Shown piece by piece: positions 1-9,284 of a stretch of DNA of 64,000 bases. The stretch comes from Candidatus Spongiisociaceae bacterium (GTDB lineage: Bacteria > Actinomycetota > Acidimicrobiia > Spongiisociales > Spongiisociaceae), in assembly GCA_965262915.1 (NCBI GenBank), contig OZ253564.1:3008001-3072000 (forward strand), in the 5' to 3' direction. The notes under the pieces were generated by a model. That model made no database searches. It was not told the origin of the DNA and saw only the letters and a program-made list of their open reading frames with translations. How positions within the stretch are numbered: position 1 is the first letter of the stretch; each line of letters opens with the position of its first letter. Both the position numbers and the translations under genes were made by a program.

Positions 1-425
1 GCCTGGAGCTGGACAGCGTGATCTCCGTCCCCTTGCTGGACGCGACCTTCCTCGGTGGTCCGGACGACTTCGGCGACTTCGATCCGTTCTCGGCGCGGGT
101 CGGTCTGGTGTCGCTCAGGGGGACCTTCACGGCCGCCTCCTCCAAGAAGCTGATCACGACCATGAGGCTGGACATCCGGGAGCACGAGGTCGTCATCCTC
201 GACTTCTCCAAGACCGTCTACATGGACGAGAGCGCCGCCCTGGTGGTGGAACGGATGATCGACGCCGCAATCTCGGACCGCACCGAGTGCATCGTCATGG
301 GCCTGGCCGGTCTCCCGGCGACCAGCCTCCAGGGGCTCGACGTGTTGCGGCGGGTCCCCGAGGATCACTTCGTCGAGAACCTGGATGACGCCCGGGAGAT
401 CGCACGGCGGCTCCTCGATGACTAG
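1..425 (+). CDS. C-terminal STAS domain of a SulP-family anion transporter (5'-truncated by window edge)
   Basis: Frame is open from the window edge. VVILDFSKTVYMDESAALVVERMI matches the STAS core motif (ILDxSxVxxxDxSA). Confidence 0.75.
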   Translation, partial: LELDSVISVPLLDATFLGGPDDFGDFDPFSARVGLVSLRGTFTAASSKKLITTMRLDIREHEVVILDFSKTVYMDESAALVVERMIDAAISDRTECIVMGLAGLPATSLQGLDVLRRVPEDHFVENLDDAREIARRLLDD

Positions 426-474
426 ACGCTCCGCTTCGCCGGCGGGTTCCCGTCCCTGGGAAGATAGCCATCCG

Positions 475-1440
475 ATGGCCGGGGTAAGGGCTCTAACCAT
501 CGCATCCGTCGCCGCGGCCGTGATGCTGGCCGGCTGCGGAGTCAGCGTAAGGGAGGCTGCGCCAACCGGCGGCACGTCCACTTCCGCTCGGCCTGCGGCT
601 CCCGTGACCACGTCGCCCGCCACCACATCGGCTGTGACGACCACCCCCGTGACGACGTCGCCCGCCACCACGTCAGCCGTGACGACGCGACAGCAGGTCG
701 CAGAGCCGGGCTGCGGGGCGCCCCCCGACGAGTTTCGATCCGAAGGCCGTTTGGGCGTGTTGGGGGACGCCGCATCGGGAGAACGGCGCATAGCACGGCT
801 CTCGACCGAGGGTTCGGGCGCCTGCGAGCGGTTCGAGGTGATCCTGAACGGGCCCGAAGCCGCTCCGGCGGCCGTGCCGCCGGTTGCCGATGTGGAGTTG
901 CTCTCCGCCGCCGGCGTGGTCCGGATCAGGTTCGGGCCGACGGTGACCGGGACGGAGGTCACCGATTCCGTTCTCGGCGGGCGTCTTGCGGAGCGGGCGT
1001 TCGTGGTGCGCGGCCTCGACGGAGGAATCTTCGTGGATGTCCATCTCTCGGCCGAGGTAGCCGCCCGTGCGTACCTCCGGGAGGACACGGGCGCATTGGT
1101 GGTCGAGCTCCGGGATCTGGGAGGGCCGGCGCCCGGGTTCCCGGTCGTCTCGCGGTTCGTCGTGGTGACCGGTCCGACGGGGCGGGTCGTCGACTACCCG
1201 CTGGCGGTCATGGGTTACGCCCGAACCTTCGAGGCGAACGTGATCGGAGAGTTCCGCACCGACGAGGGGCGTGAAATCGTGGCCGTGACCAGCGCCGCCG
1301 ACTACATTGAGATGTGGGGCGAGTTCCGCCTCGAGATCGAGGCGGGCCCCTCAGGGCGGGTCACCCTGTTCGTCGGTGACTACCCGCCGCTCGACGATGC
1401 CCCGCCGGAAGGGGTGGAGTTGGAGTTCGTGGCGGGCTGA
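475..1440 (+). CDS. Lipoprotein with Thr-rich linker and C-terminal Gmad2-type Ig-like domain
   Basis: Lipobox LAGC after a hydrophobic stretch; GYARTFEANV...WGEF motif typical of the spore-germination Ig-like domain. Start placed at ATG 475. Confidence 0.7.
   Translation: MAGVRALTIASVAAAVMLAGCGVSVREAAPTGGTSTSARPAAPVTTSPATTSAVTTTPVTTSPATTSAVTTRQQVAEPGCGAPPDEFRSEGRLGVLGDAASGERRIARLSTEGSGACERFEVILNGPEAAPAAVPPVADVELLSAAGVVRIRFGPTVTGTEVTDSVLGGRLAERAFVVRGLDGGIFVDVHLSAEVAARAYLREDTGALVVELRDLGGPAPGFPVVSRFVVVTGPTGRVVDYPLAVMGYARTFEANVIGEFRTDEGREIVAVTSAADYIEMWGEFRLEIEAGPSGRVTLFVGDYPPLDDAPPEGVELEFVAG
601..687 (+). repeat. 45-bp tandem coding repeat (PVTTSPATTSAVTTT, about two copies)
   Basis: cccgtgaccacgtcgcccgccaccacatcggctgtgacgacc is repeated with a few synonymous changes at 601 and 646. 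Confidence 0.85.
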
Positions 1441-1948
1441 ACAGGCCCTCCGGTGGTTCGATGCGCACCCAGCCTCTCGCCGGATCGACTTCGGGTACCA
1501 GGGCCTCGACGAAGGGGACCTCGGCGGTGGAGCCGTCCGGGCGCGCTACCACCAGCCTGTCCTGGGGACCGAGGATCACGTCGTCGACGATCCCGATCGT
1601 CTCCGACCCGACTCGTACCTGCAAGCCGACCAAATCGTCCGGCCAGAACTCGCCGGGTTCGAGTTCCCGACGTTCCGCCGCCCGGATGCGCAACTCGGTT
1701 CCCACCAGCCGGGAGGCGCCATCGAGGGAGGTGATTCCCGCGAACTCTGCTATCAGACCGTTGGGACCGGGCCGAGCGGTGCGCAGCACCAGGATCCGTA
1801 CCTCCGCGTGGTTGGTGTGAAACGTCGCAGACGGTACGAAACGGTCCGGGTTGTCGGATTCGCTCAGCACACACACCTCACCCCGGATCCCGTGGGGGCG
1901 GGTGATCCGGCCCACCACCGCCATGTCACGCTCGGAATGCCCGACCAT
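1361..1948 (-). CDS. rimM: Ribosome maturation factor RimM
   Basis: VVGRITRPHGIRGEV and EVPFVEALVPEVD motifs; RBS ggaggtaaggag before ATG 1948; follows rpsP-khpA. Confidence 0.92.
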   Translation of the reverse strand: MVGHSERDMAVVGRITRPHGIRGEVCVLSESDNPDRFVPSATFHTNHAEVRILVLRTARPGPNGLIAEFAGITSLDGASRLVGTELRIRAAERRELEPGEFWPDDLVGLQVRVGSETIGIVDDVILGPQDRLVVARPDGSTAEVPFVEALVPEVDPARGWVRIEPPEGLFSPPRTPTPPLPAGHRRAAGSHRRTG

Positions 1949-2031
1949 CTCCTTACCTCCGAGCGCTGCGCCTGGGCCGAGTCGTGGACGACGACCCGGC
2001 ACGGGGCCATCCGGGAATCTGCCGCACCCTC

Positions 2032-2280
2032 CTAGTCGACGAACTCGACTCCTGAGGTCAGGCCTTCCTCTTCGGCGGCGGCCTGAGCGACCGACCGGAT
2101 GGCTCGGGCCACCCGGCCACCCCTTCCGATCACCCTGCCCATCTCCCCCGAAGCGGTCCTCACCTCGGCCACCACGTCGTCCTCGCCCCGCTCCACGATC
2201 GTCACCCGAACCGACTCCTGGTCGTCGACGATCGAGCACACGATGAAGCGGACCACCTTCTCAACGATCTGGCCGCTCAT
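2032..2280 (-). CDS. khpA: KH-domain RNA-binding protein
   Basis: [16 protein letters not shown] motif; conserved position between rpsP and rimM. Confidence 0.9.
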   Translation of the reverse strand: MSGQIVEKVVRFIVCSIVDDQESVRVTIVERGEDDVVAEVRTASGEMGRVIGRGGRVARAIRSVAQAAAEEEGLTSGVEFVD

Positions 2281-2678
2281 GGCCGACCATCCGATCTGCC
2301 CGCGCCTGCTTCGACCGGGCGTTTCTCACCATCGGGATGGCCGGCGTCCGCTGATTCCCCGTCGGTGGACCCATCGGGGACCGGCATCGGGTCGTCGTCG
2401 AGACGGTAGACACCCGAACGCGAGACCTTGGGCCGCCGGACGGCGCCTGATATCTCGAGGAGTTTCCGGACCCGATCGGTGGGTTGGGCGCCGCTACCAA
2501 GCCAGTACTTGGCCCGCTCGTTGTCGATCACGATGATCGATGGGGCGGGACGCGGGTCGTAGCGACCGATCGACTCGATGATGCGGCCGTCCCGGGGCGC
2601 CCGAGCGTCGGCCACCACCACCCGGTAGGTGGGCTGCTTCTTCTTCCCCATTCGTTTGAGGCGGATCCTGACCGCCAT
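2277..2678 (-). CDS. rpsP: 30S ribosomal protein S16
   Basis: [32 protein letters not shown]. Confidence 0.97.
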   Translation of the reverse strand: MAVRIRLKRMGKKKQPTYRVVVADARAPRDGRIIESIGRYDPRPAPSIIVIDNERAKYWLGSGAQPTDRVRKLLEISGAVRRPKVSRSGVYRLDDDPMPVPDGSTDGESADAGHPDGEKRPVEAGAGRSDGRP

Positions 2679-2682
2679 AGCT

Positions 2683-4137
2683 TCACCTCTTCCTTTTCTT
2701 CTTCTTCTGGAGTTTCTTCGGTGTTCTGGGTCGTTTGCCGGTCGGCCGTGTCGTCGTTGCGGTTCTCCTCCCTCCGGGTCTCGACCTCGGCATACTGCCC
2801 GGAAGACCCGGGCCCGGCATTCCCGGCAACCCCGGGAAGCCCGGTAGTGGCTTCCCCTGCGAGAGGGACTTCATCATGTTCCGAACCTGGTCGAACTGCC
2901 GGAGCAGTCCCGACACATCCTGAACCGAGGTTCCCGACCCGCGAGCGACCCTACGCCTGCGGCTCCCGTTTATCACCTTGGGGCTGGCCCGCTCGGCCGG
3001 GGTCATCGAACGGATGATCGCCTCGGAGCGGCGGATCTCCCGATCTACCTCACGTGCGTCCGCCTGAGCGGAGCGGGCACCGGGAATCATACCAAGCACA
3101 TCGCCCACCGGCCCCATCTTACGCAGACCCCGGACCTGTTCGAGGAAGTCGTCGAGAGTGAACTCCGCTCGGAGTAACCGATCGGCCATCTCAGCGCTCT
3201 GCCTGCGGTCGAAGGCCTTCTCGGCCTTCTCGACCAGCGTCAGAACGTCCCCCATCCCGAGGATACGAGACGCCATGCGCTCGGGATGGAACACTTCGAG
3301 GTCTGCGGGACGCTCCCCCGTCCCGACCAGCTTGATGGGACACCCGGTCGCCTCCCGTACCGAGATAGCGGCTCCGCCCCGGGCGTCGCTGTCGAGCTTG
3401 GACACCAGGATGCCGGTCAGCTTGGTGTGGGCAAGGAAGCCCCTTGCCACGGATACGGACTCCTGGCCGGTCATCGCGTCCACCACCAGCAGGACTTCGT
3501 CGGGGTCGGTCACCCGGGTGATGGCGGCCAACTCCTTCATGAGGACCGAGTCGATCTGCAAACGTCCGGCGGTGTCCACCACGACCACGTCGAAACCTTG
3601 CTGGCGGGCGTGCCGGAGCGCGTTCCTGACGAGCGCCACAGCATTGTTGCGGCGGCCGGTGAAGACGGGTGTGTCCACCTGTTGGCCGAGCAACCGGAGT
3701 TGCTCCACCGCTCCCGGACGCACCAGATCGGCCGCCACCAGGAGGACACGCTTGCCGGACCGCTGGTGGAGGAGCGCCAGCTTGGCCGCCGAGGTGGTCT
3801 TGCCGGATCCCTGGAGGCCCACCATCAGGGTGACCAGCGGTTTGGTCCCGGCCCGTACCAGCGGGACCGCCTCGGACCCCAGCGTCTCGATGAGCGATTC
3901 GTGGACCACCTTGATCACCTGGTGGCCTGGTGTGACGCTCTTCAGCACCTCCGTGCCGATTGCTCTCGGGCGGATCCGATCGAGGAGATGTCGGACCACC
4001 TCGATGTTGACGTCGGCTTCCAGCAGCGCACGGCGGACATCGGCCAAGGCCGCGTCGACGTCGCTCTCGCTCAGGCGGCCGCGACCCCGGAGACGGTCGA
4101 ATACTCCCTCGAGGCGGCCGGTCAGCGACTCGAACAC
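2683..4137 (-). CDS. ffh: Signal recognition particle protein Ffh
   Basis: [16 protein letters not shown] and RILGMGD motifs; M-domain. Confidence 0.97.
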   Translation of the reverse strand: MFESLTGRLEGVFDRLRGRGRLSESDVDAALADVRRALLEADVNIEVVRHLLDRIRPRAIGTEVLKSVTPGHQVIKVVHESLIETLGSEAVPLVRAGTKPLVTLMVGLQGSGKTTSAAKLALLHQRSGKRVLLVAADLVRPGAVEQLRLLGQQVDTPVFTGRRNNAVALVRNALRHARQQGFDVVVVDTAGRLQIDSVLMKELAAITRVTDPDEVLLVVDAMTGQESVSVARGFLAHTKLTGILVSKLDSDARGGAAISVREATGCPIKLVGTGERPADLEVFHPERMASRILGMGDVLTLVEKAEKAFDRRQSAEMADRLLRAEFTLDDFLEQVRGLRKMGPVGDVLGMIPGARSAQADAREVDREIRRSEAIIRSMTPAERASPKVINGSRRRRVARGSGTSVQDVSGLLRQFDQVRNMMKSLSQGKPLPGFPGLPGMPGPGLPGSMPRSRPGGRRTATTTRPTGKRPRTPKKLQKKKKRKR

Positions 4138-4293
4138 GGTACGGGGCTCCTTTCACGAGATACATCAGTCGCCCTGACGTCCCCATGTTCCAAGGATCGG
4201 CGGCCTACCACAACTCGACGCCTTACCACCGCCGGGTGGGTACCCTCGCGTCGAAACCAACAGTCGGCGTAAGCGAGCAAACCGGGGGGGACC

Positions 4294-4914
4294 TTGGGAA
4301 TCACCGTCATCGACCATCCGCTCAGCCATCACTACCTGAGCATCCTCCGCAACTCGTCGACCCGTTCGGAGGAGTTCCGCGATACCACCCGGCGCCTCGC
4401 CTACATCCTGCTGATCGAGGCGACCGCACAGGAAGCGGTCGACGAGTACCGACTGGAGACTCCCCTTGCTCCCGCCACCGGATACAGGCTGGCCCGGCAG
4501 GTGGTTGCAGTTGCGGTACTCCGGGCGGGTCTCGGGCTGGTCGATGCGGTCCTGGACTTGATCCCTGATGTGGCCGTCGGATACGCCGGCGTCCAGCGGG
4601 ACGAGGAAACGGCCCTACCCATGGAGTACTACACGAAGTTCCCCGACATGGAAGGGCGTACCGTCCTGGTTCTCGAGCCGATGCTGGCGACCGGAGGATC
4701 GCTGTCATGGGCCGTGGAGCGGGTAAAGGAGGCCGGTGGCGCCGACATCACAGCCCTGTGCGTGGTGGCCGCACCCGAGGGCGTCGCGGTCATGGAGAGG
4801 AAGCACCCGAACGTGAGGGTGGTGACGGCCACCCTCGACTCCCATCTCAACGACAGATTCTTCATCGTGCCCGGCCTCGGTGATATGGGAGACCGGCTCT
4901 TCGGAACTCTGTGA
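4294..4914 (+). CDS. upp: Uracil phosphoribosyltransferase
   Basis: VLRAGLG, EPMLATGGS and IVPGLGDMGDRLFGT motifs. Confidence 0.96.
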   Translation: MGITVIDHPLSHHYLSILRNSSTRSEEFRDTTRRLAYILLIEATAQEAVDEYRLETPLAPATGYRLARQVVAVAVLRAGLGLVDAVLDLIPDVAVGYAGVQRDEETALPMEYYTKFPDMEGRTVLVLEPMLATGGSLSWAVERVKEAGGADITALCVVAAPEGVAVMERKHPNVRVVTATLDSHLNDRFFIVPGLGDMGDRLFGTL

Positions 4915-5221
4915 GGATGACCTGGTAGAACGGGAACCCTCCGGGTTCGGAGACCGGGTACGCTTCGCCATCGGTAGTCTCGGGCCGGGCGAGGTGACCA
5001 CCTACGGCGAGATAGCCGCGCAGGTGGGGCGACCCGGCGCGGCCAGAGCGGTGGGTCGGGTGCTGGCCAACTCGGCGGGGCTCCCCTGGTGGCGGGTGGT
5101 CACGGTCGGGGGTCGTCTGGTGCCGGGGATGGAGGAGCAGCACGCGCGCCGCCTGGTTGCCGAAGGGATAGCCGTCTCCGGGAACCGGGTGGTCGGGTCG
5201 CGGTGCGGGACGGGAGGCTGA
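4880..5221 (+). CDS. Alkyltransferase-like (ATL/MGMT-family) DNA-binding protein
   Basis: GEVTTYGEIA...ARAVG...LPWWRVV; Trp in place of the MGMT catalytic Cys. Start uncertain (GTG 4880 or CTG 4922). Confidence 0.8.
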   Translation: MIWETGSSELCEDDLVEREPSGFGDRVRFAIGSLGPGEVTTYGEIAAQVGRPGAARAVGRVLANSAGLPWWRVVTVGGRLVPGMEEQHARRLVAEGIAVSGNRVVGSRCGTGG

Positions 5222-5223
5222 TC

Positions 5224-6516
5224 GTGCGCAGTACTACGGAGTTGATCCGGCACAAGCGTGACGGTGGGGAACTGCACCGGGACGAGATCCGGGCATTCCT
5301 GTCGGGTGTGGTGGACGGATCGATTCCGGAGTACCAGACGGCGGCCATGCTCATGGCGATCTACTTCCGCGGGATGACGGACTCGGAGCTGGCCGATTTC
5401 ACTGCAGCCATGATCGGATCCGGCGACCGCCTCGAGATCCGGACGGCAGCGCCCAAGGTGGACAAACACTCCACCGGAGGCGTCGGCGACAAGGTCAGCA
5501 TTCCTCTCGCCCCGCTCGTGGCGGCGTGCGGCGTCACCGTGCCGATGATGTCGGGCCGGGGCTTGGGCCACACGGGAGGCACCCTCGACAAGCTGGAGTC
5601 CATCCGGGGGTTCCGCACTTCGCTGACCCCGATGGAGTTCGGCGGGTTGGTCGAGCGGCACGGTGTGGTAATAGCCGGCCAGTCGGATCGTATCGTCCCG
5701 GCCGACAGGGCCCTCTACGCCCTCCGGGACACCACCGCCACGGTCGCATCGGTACCGCTGATCGCATCGTCGATCATGTCGAAAAAGCTGGTCGAGGGTC
5801 TCGATGCCCTGATCCTCGACATCAAGGTGGGAAGCGGGGCCTTCATGGAGACGATCGACAGCGCCCGGCTTCTCGCCCGGACGATGGTGAAGATCGGCGC
5901 TTCGCACGGTGTGTCGGTCAAGGCGTTCCTCACCGATATGAACCAGCCCCTGGGCCGTGAAGTTGGGAACGCCAACGAGGTGGCCGAGTCGATCTCGATC
6001 CTGCGGGGCAAGGGTCCCCCGGATCTGGTCGAACTGGTGAAGACCTTCGGGTCGGCCATGTTAGAGGCCGCCGGAGTCGACAACGGACGCGTCCGCCTCC
6101 AGCGGGCCATCGAGTCTGGGGACGGCCTCGCCAAGTTCAAGGAGATGGTCGAGGCGCAGGGCGGGGATGGATCGGTGGTGGACGAACCCGAGGGGCTCCC
6201 GGGAGCGGCCCGGGCCCGCAGGCTGAGGGCCGACCGGGAGGGGTACGTGGCGGCGATCGACGCGCGCGGGATCGGCTTGGCCGCCATGCGGATCGGAGCG
6301 GGGCGCGAGACCCTCGGCGACACGATCGACCACGGGGTCGGGATCACCCTGTCCGCCAGGGTCGGCGATGAGGTGCGGCCCGGTGACGTGCTGGCGACCC
6401 TGCGATTCAACGATCACCGCCCGCTCGACGGGGCGGCCCGGCTGGTGACCGACGCCTATCGCTTGGATCTCTACCCGCCCGATCCCCGATCGTTGATCCT
6501 GGAGGAGATCGGCTGA
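5224..6516 (+). CDS. deoA: Thymidine/pyrimidine-nucleoside phosphorylase
   Basis: DKHSTGGVGDK, SGRGLGHTGGTLDKLESI and SIMSKK motifs; GTG start at 5224. Confidence 0.93.
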   Translation: MRSTTELIRHKRDGGELHRDEIRAFLSGVVDGSIPEYQTAAMLMAIYFRGMTDSELADFTAAMIGSGDRLEIRTAAPKVDKHSTGGVGDKVSIPLAPLVAACGVTVPMMSGRGLGHTGGTLDKLESIRGFRTSLTPMEFGGLVERHGVVIAGQSDRIVPADRALYALRDTTATVASVPLIASSIMSKKLVEGLDALILDIKVGSGAFMETIDSARLLARTMVKIGASHGVSVKAFLTDMNQPLGREVGNANEVAESISILRGKGPPDLVELVKTFGSAMLEAAGVDNGRVRLQRAIESGDGLAKFKEMVEAQGGDGSVVDEPEGLPGAARARRLRADREGYVAAIDARGIGLAAMRIGAGRETLGDTIDHGVGITLSARVGDEVRPGDVLATLRFNDHRPLDGAARLVTDAYRLDLYPPDPRSLILEEIG

Positions 6517-6577
6517 AAGATCGCTACCATTGTGCCGCCCTAGGGCCCGTGATCGTCGACGACGAGGAGTAGTGAAT

Positions 6578-7336
6578 ATGCAGGTGGTGGTGTGTGTCAA
6601 GCAGATCCCGGATCCTGCCTCGCCCTCTTCGCTCGATCCAGCCACCAACCGGCTCGTCCGTCCCCCCGAGCAGATACTGGACGACACCGACCGCTACGGG
6701 ATCGAAGTGGGCCTGCAACTCGGCGAGAAGACCGGAGGCTCGGTGACCCTCGTCTCGATGGGACCGACCGGAACCATGCAGGGAATCCGCCAAGCCCTGG
6801 CGATGGGAGCCGACAAGGCGGTGATCGTGGACGATCCCGCTCTGGAGGGCAGTGACGCCCTGACCACGGCGAAGGTTCTCGCCTCCGCCGCGCAGCGGGA
6901 GGGATTCGACGTGCTGGTGGCCGGTGTCGAGTCGACCGACGGCTACTCCGGGGTGGTGCCGCAGATGATGGCCGAGTTGCTCGATGTCCCCGCCCTCACG
7001 TTTGCCCGCAAGGTCGCTCTCGAAGGTTCGGCGCTCCGGATCGAGCGTCAGACGGCCGGAGGGTTCGACGTCGTCCAATGCGATCCGCCGGCGGTGCTGG
7101 CCGTTACGGCGGGCTCCGTCGAGCCGCGCTACCCGACCTTCCGAGGCATCATGGCGGCCAAGAACAAGCCCATAGACCGCTTGACGGCCGCCGATCTGAT
7201 GGTGGAGGGAGAGGCCGGACAGGCGGTGGTATCGGTTGCTCCCGCCCCCGAGCGGCAGGCCGGCGAGGTGGTGGAGGACGGTGGAACGGGCCACCTTCGT
7301 ATCGTCGAGTTTCTTGAAGTGGCAAAGGTGATCTAG
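6578..7336 (+). CDS. etfB: Electron transfer flavoprotein beta subunit
   Basis: VVCVKQIPD, ALAMGADKA and PRYPTFRGIMAAK motifs. Confidence 0.93.
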   Translation: MQVVVCVKQIPDPASPSSLDPATNRLVRPPEQILDDTDRYGIEVGLQLGEKTGGSVTLVSMGPTGTMQGIRQALAMGADKAVIVDDPALEGSDALTTAKVLASAAQREGFDVLVAGVESTDGYSGVVPQMMAELLDVPALTFARKVALEGSALRIERQTAGGFDVVQCDPPAVLAVTAGSVEPRYPTFRGIMAAKNKPIDRLTAADLMVEGEAGQAVVSVAPAPERQAGEVVEDGGTGHLRIVEFLEVAKVI

Positions 7337-8287
7337 ATGTCGACGTGGGTTTTCGCAGAAGAAGTGGACGGGGCTCCCGGGGAGGCGGCGCTCGAGGTAC
7401 TCACGAAGGCAGCGTCCCTTGGAGAGGTCACGGCTGTGTATCTCGGCGGGGAATCCGACCGAGCTATGTCGATCCTCGGCGCCTACGGCGCGGGAACCGT
7501 CTACCACCTGACGGGTGGAGGCGAGCTACCGGCAGCCGCCGCGGCGGCCGTGCTGGGGGGGCTGGTCGAGCGGGAGTCTCCCCGAGCGGTGATGTTCGCC
7601 CAGACCTACACGTCGCGAGACGTGGCGGGCCGGCTGGCGGCCAGGATCGACCGACCCGTCATCTCCAATGCAGTCGACGTAGCCATCGACGGTGGTTGCG
7701 CCGTGACTTCCGAGATATTCGGGGGTACCCAGATCGTGCAGACTGCGTTCACGGCCGGCGGTCCCCACCTGGTACTCGTCCGGCCCAAGTCGTTCACGGC
7801 CGAGGAAACCGGGGGCGCTGTAGAGAGGGTCGAGGTCATCGATCTGCCCGAGGTCGGACACGCCGGGTCACCCAAGGTGGTGGACCGGATCGTGGAGCAT
7901 GCGGAGGGACCGCAGTTTAGCGATGCCAAGATCATCGTGAGCGGTGGCCGCGGGCTGGGCAGTGCCGAGGCGTACTCGCTGATCGATGAGGTCGCGGAAC
8001 CTCTCAATGCAGCCACGGGCGCCACGCGGGCCATCGTCGACGCCGGATGGGTTCCCTACGCCAAGCAGGTGGGCCAGACGGGCAAGACGGTCAAACCCGA
8101 GGTCTACATGGCGTGCGGCATATCGGGCGCGATGCAGCACCTGGTGGGGATGAAGGACTCGAAGCGGATCGTGGCCATCAACAAGGATCCGGAGGCCCCC
8201 ATCTTCTCGGTGGCCGACCTCGGGATCGTGGGCGATCTGCACAAGGTCCTGCCGAAGCTGACCGAGGCGCTGCGCATCAGGGGTTAG
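7337..8287 (+). CDS. etfA: Electron transfer flavoprotein alpha subunit
   Basis: [25 protein letters not shown] and [11 protein letters not shown] motifs. Confidence 0.95.
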   Translation: MSTWVFAEEVDGAPGEAALEVLTKAASLGEVTAVYLGGESDRAMSILGAYGAGTVYHLTGGGELPAAAAAAVLGGLVERESPRAVMFAQTYTSRDVAGRLAARIDRPVISNAVDVAIDGGCAVTSEIFGGTQIVQTAFTAGGPHLVLVRPKSFTAEETGGAVERVEVIDLPEVGHAGSPKVVDRIVEHAEGPQFSDAKIIVSGGRGLGSAEAYSLIDEVAEPLNAATGATRAIVDAGWVPYAKQVGQTGKTVKPEVYMACGISGAMQHLVGMKDSKRIVAINKDPEAPIFSVADLGIVGDLHKVLPKLTEALRIRG

Positions 8288-8425
8288 CAGGAAAGGGCGG
8301 TCGAGCGACCGGCCTCCTTACCGGCGAGTTACGGCCCGCGCACCTCTCGCCTCTTGGCCGGTCGTCGAGCACCGGTGAAGTGGAAACCTACGCGCCGTCC
8401 CAAACCGGACCGCAGTGGTCGACGG

Positions 8426-8852
8426 TTACGGGGAATGCCACGTTCTTCGGTTCTCCTTGCGCACCACCAAGCGGAGACCGCTCCAGTCGCCGTCGATGGC
8501 ACACACCTTGTTGTCGACCAGCCCCAGGGGAAGGGCAACGGCGCGGATCACGTCTTCGGTGAGGTCGACATGCCGGGGAGATGACTTCTTTGGCCAGGCG
8601 ATCCACAGGGCGCCGGTGGGCCGGAAGCCGTCCAACCAGGCGCGGGAACACCCGGTCGAAGCGGCGCCTGTCAGGGGCGAACGCGATCAGGAGGGGGCAA
8701 GGCAACCGAGGGTTGTTGATCAACCTGGCGTCTGCGGGGAGCGGATCGACCAGGGCGGCCAGATGTCCGGGATCTGCGACCACCCCGACCCGGTATCCCT
8801 CCTTTATGCCGAGTTTCCTCACCAGGGGGGTACCCGAGTATCCGGCGCTCAT
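8426..8852 (-). pseudogene. DUF3052-like protein, frameshifted near 8635
   Basis: MSAGYSGTPLVRKLGIKEG in one frame and GALWIAWPKKSS...LVDNKVCAIDGDWSGLRLV in another; net one extra base. Could be a sequencing error. Confidence 0.75.
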
Positions 8853-8959
8853 AGGGCCACGATAAGAGCCGTGCATACGCTGTCCCAATCGATCCGGCCG
8901 GTTGCCGAGCCGGAGCAGGGACGCGACGGTATGTGCCGGGTAGCCGGTGCTGCCCGGCC

Positions 8960-9200
8960 GGGTCTCGAGCGCACGGGCGAGGAAGGAGGCCATCCGGTCC
9001 AGGGCCACCCAGGTCTGCGGGCAGTAGCGGTCGCTGTCGGCCGGGTTGCAGCCCAGGGGTCTTCCCAACCCGTCCATGACCTCGATACGCTTTGTTCGGG
9101 TATGGCGGCGTCGTACCCGATCGCCACGCGCCATCCCATCGTGGGGAGCACATCCGGTCACTCACCAGGGAGCACCAGCATCTGCACGCCACCCGCTCCG
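8960..9200 (-). pseudogene. Degenerate, internally deleted fragment paralogous to the 9285-12929 surface protein
   Basis: GGVQMLVLPGE, RVAIGYDAAIP and LGCNPADSDRYCP...MASFLARAL match parts of the large gene but are broken by a stop, frameshifts and a deletion. Confidence 0.75.
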
Positions 9201-9284
9201 GGGGGCAGAGGGTGTAGGCGGCTCCAGAAACCCTCTCGCGCGGCGGAGTCCTGCCGATCCGGTCTCCTGCCTAGCCGCTGGCGT

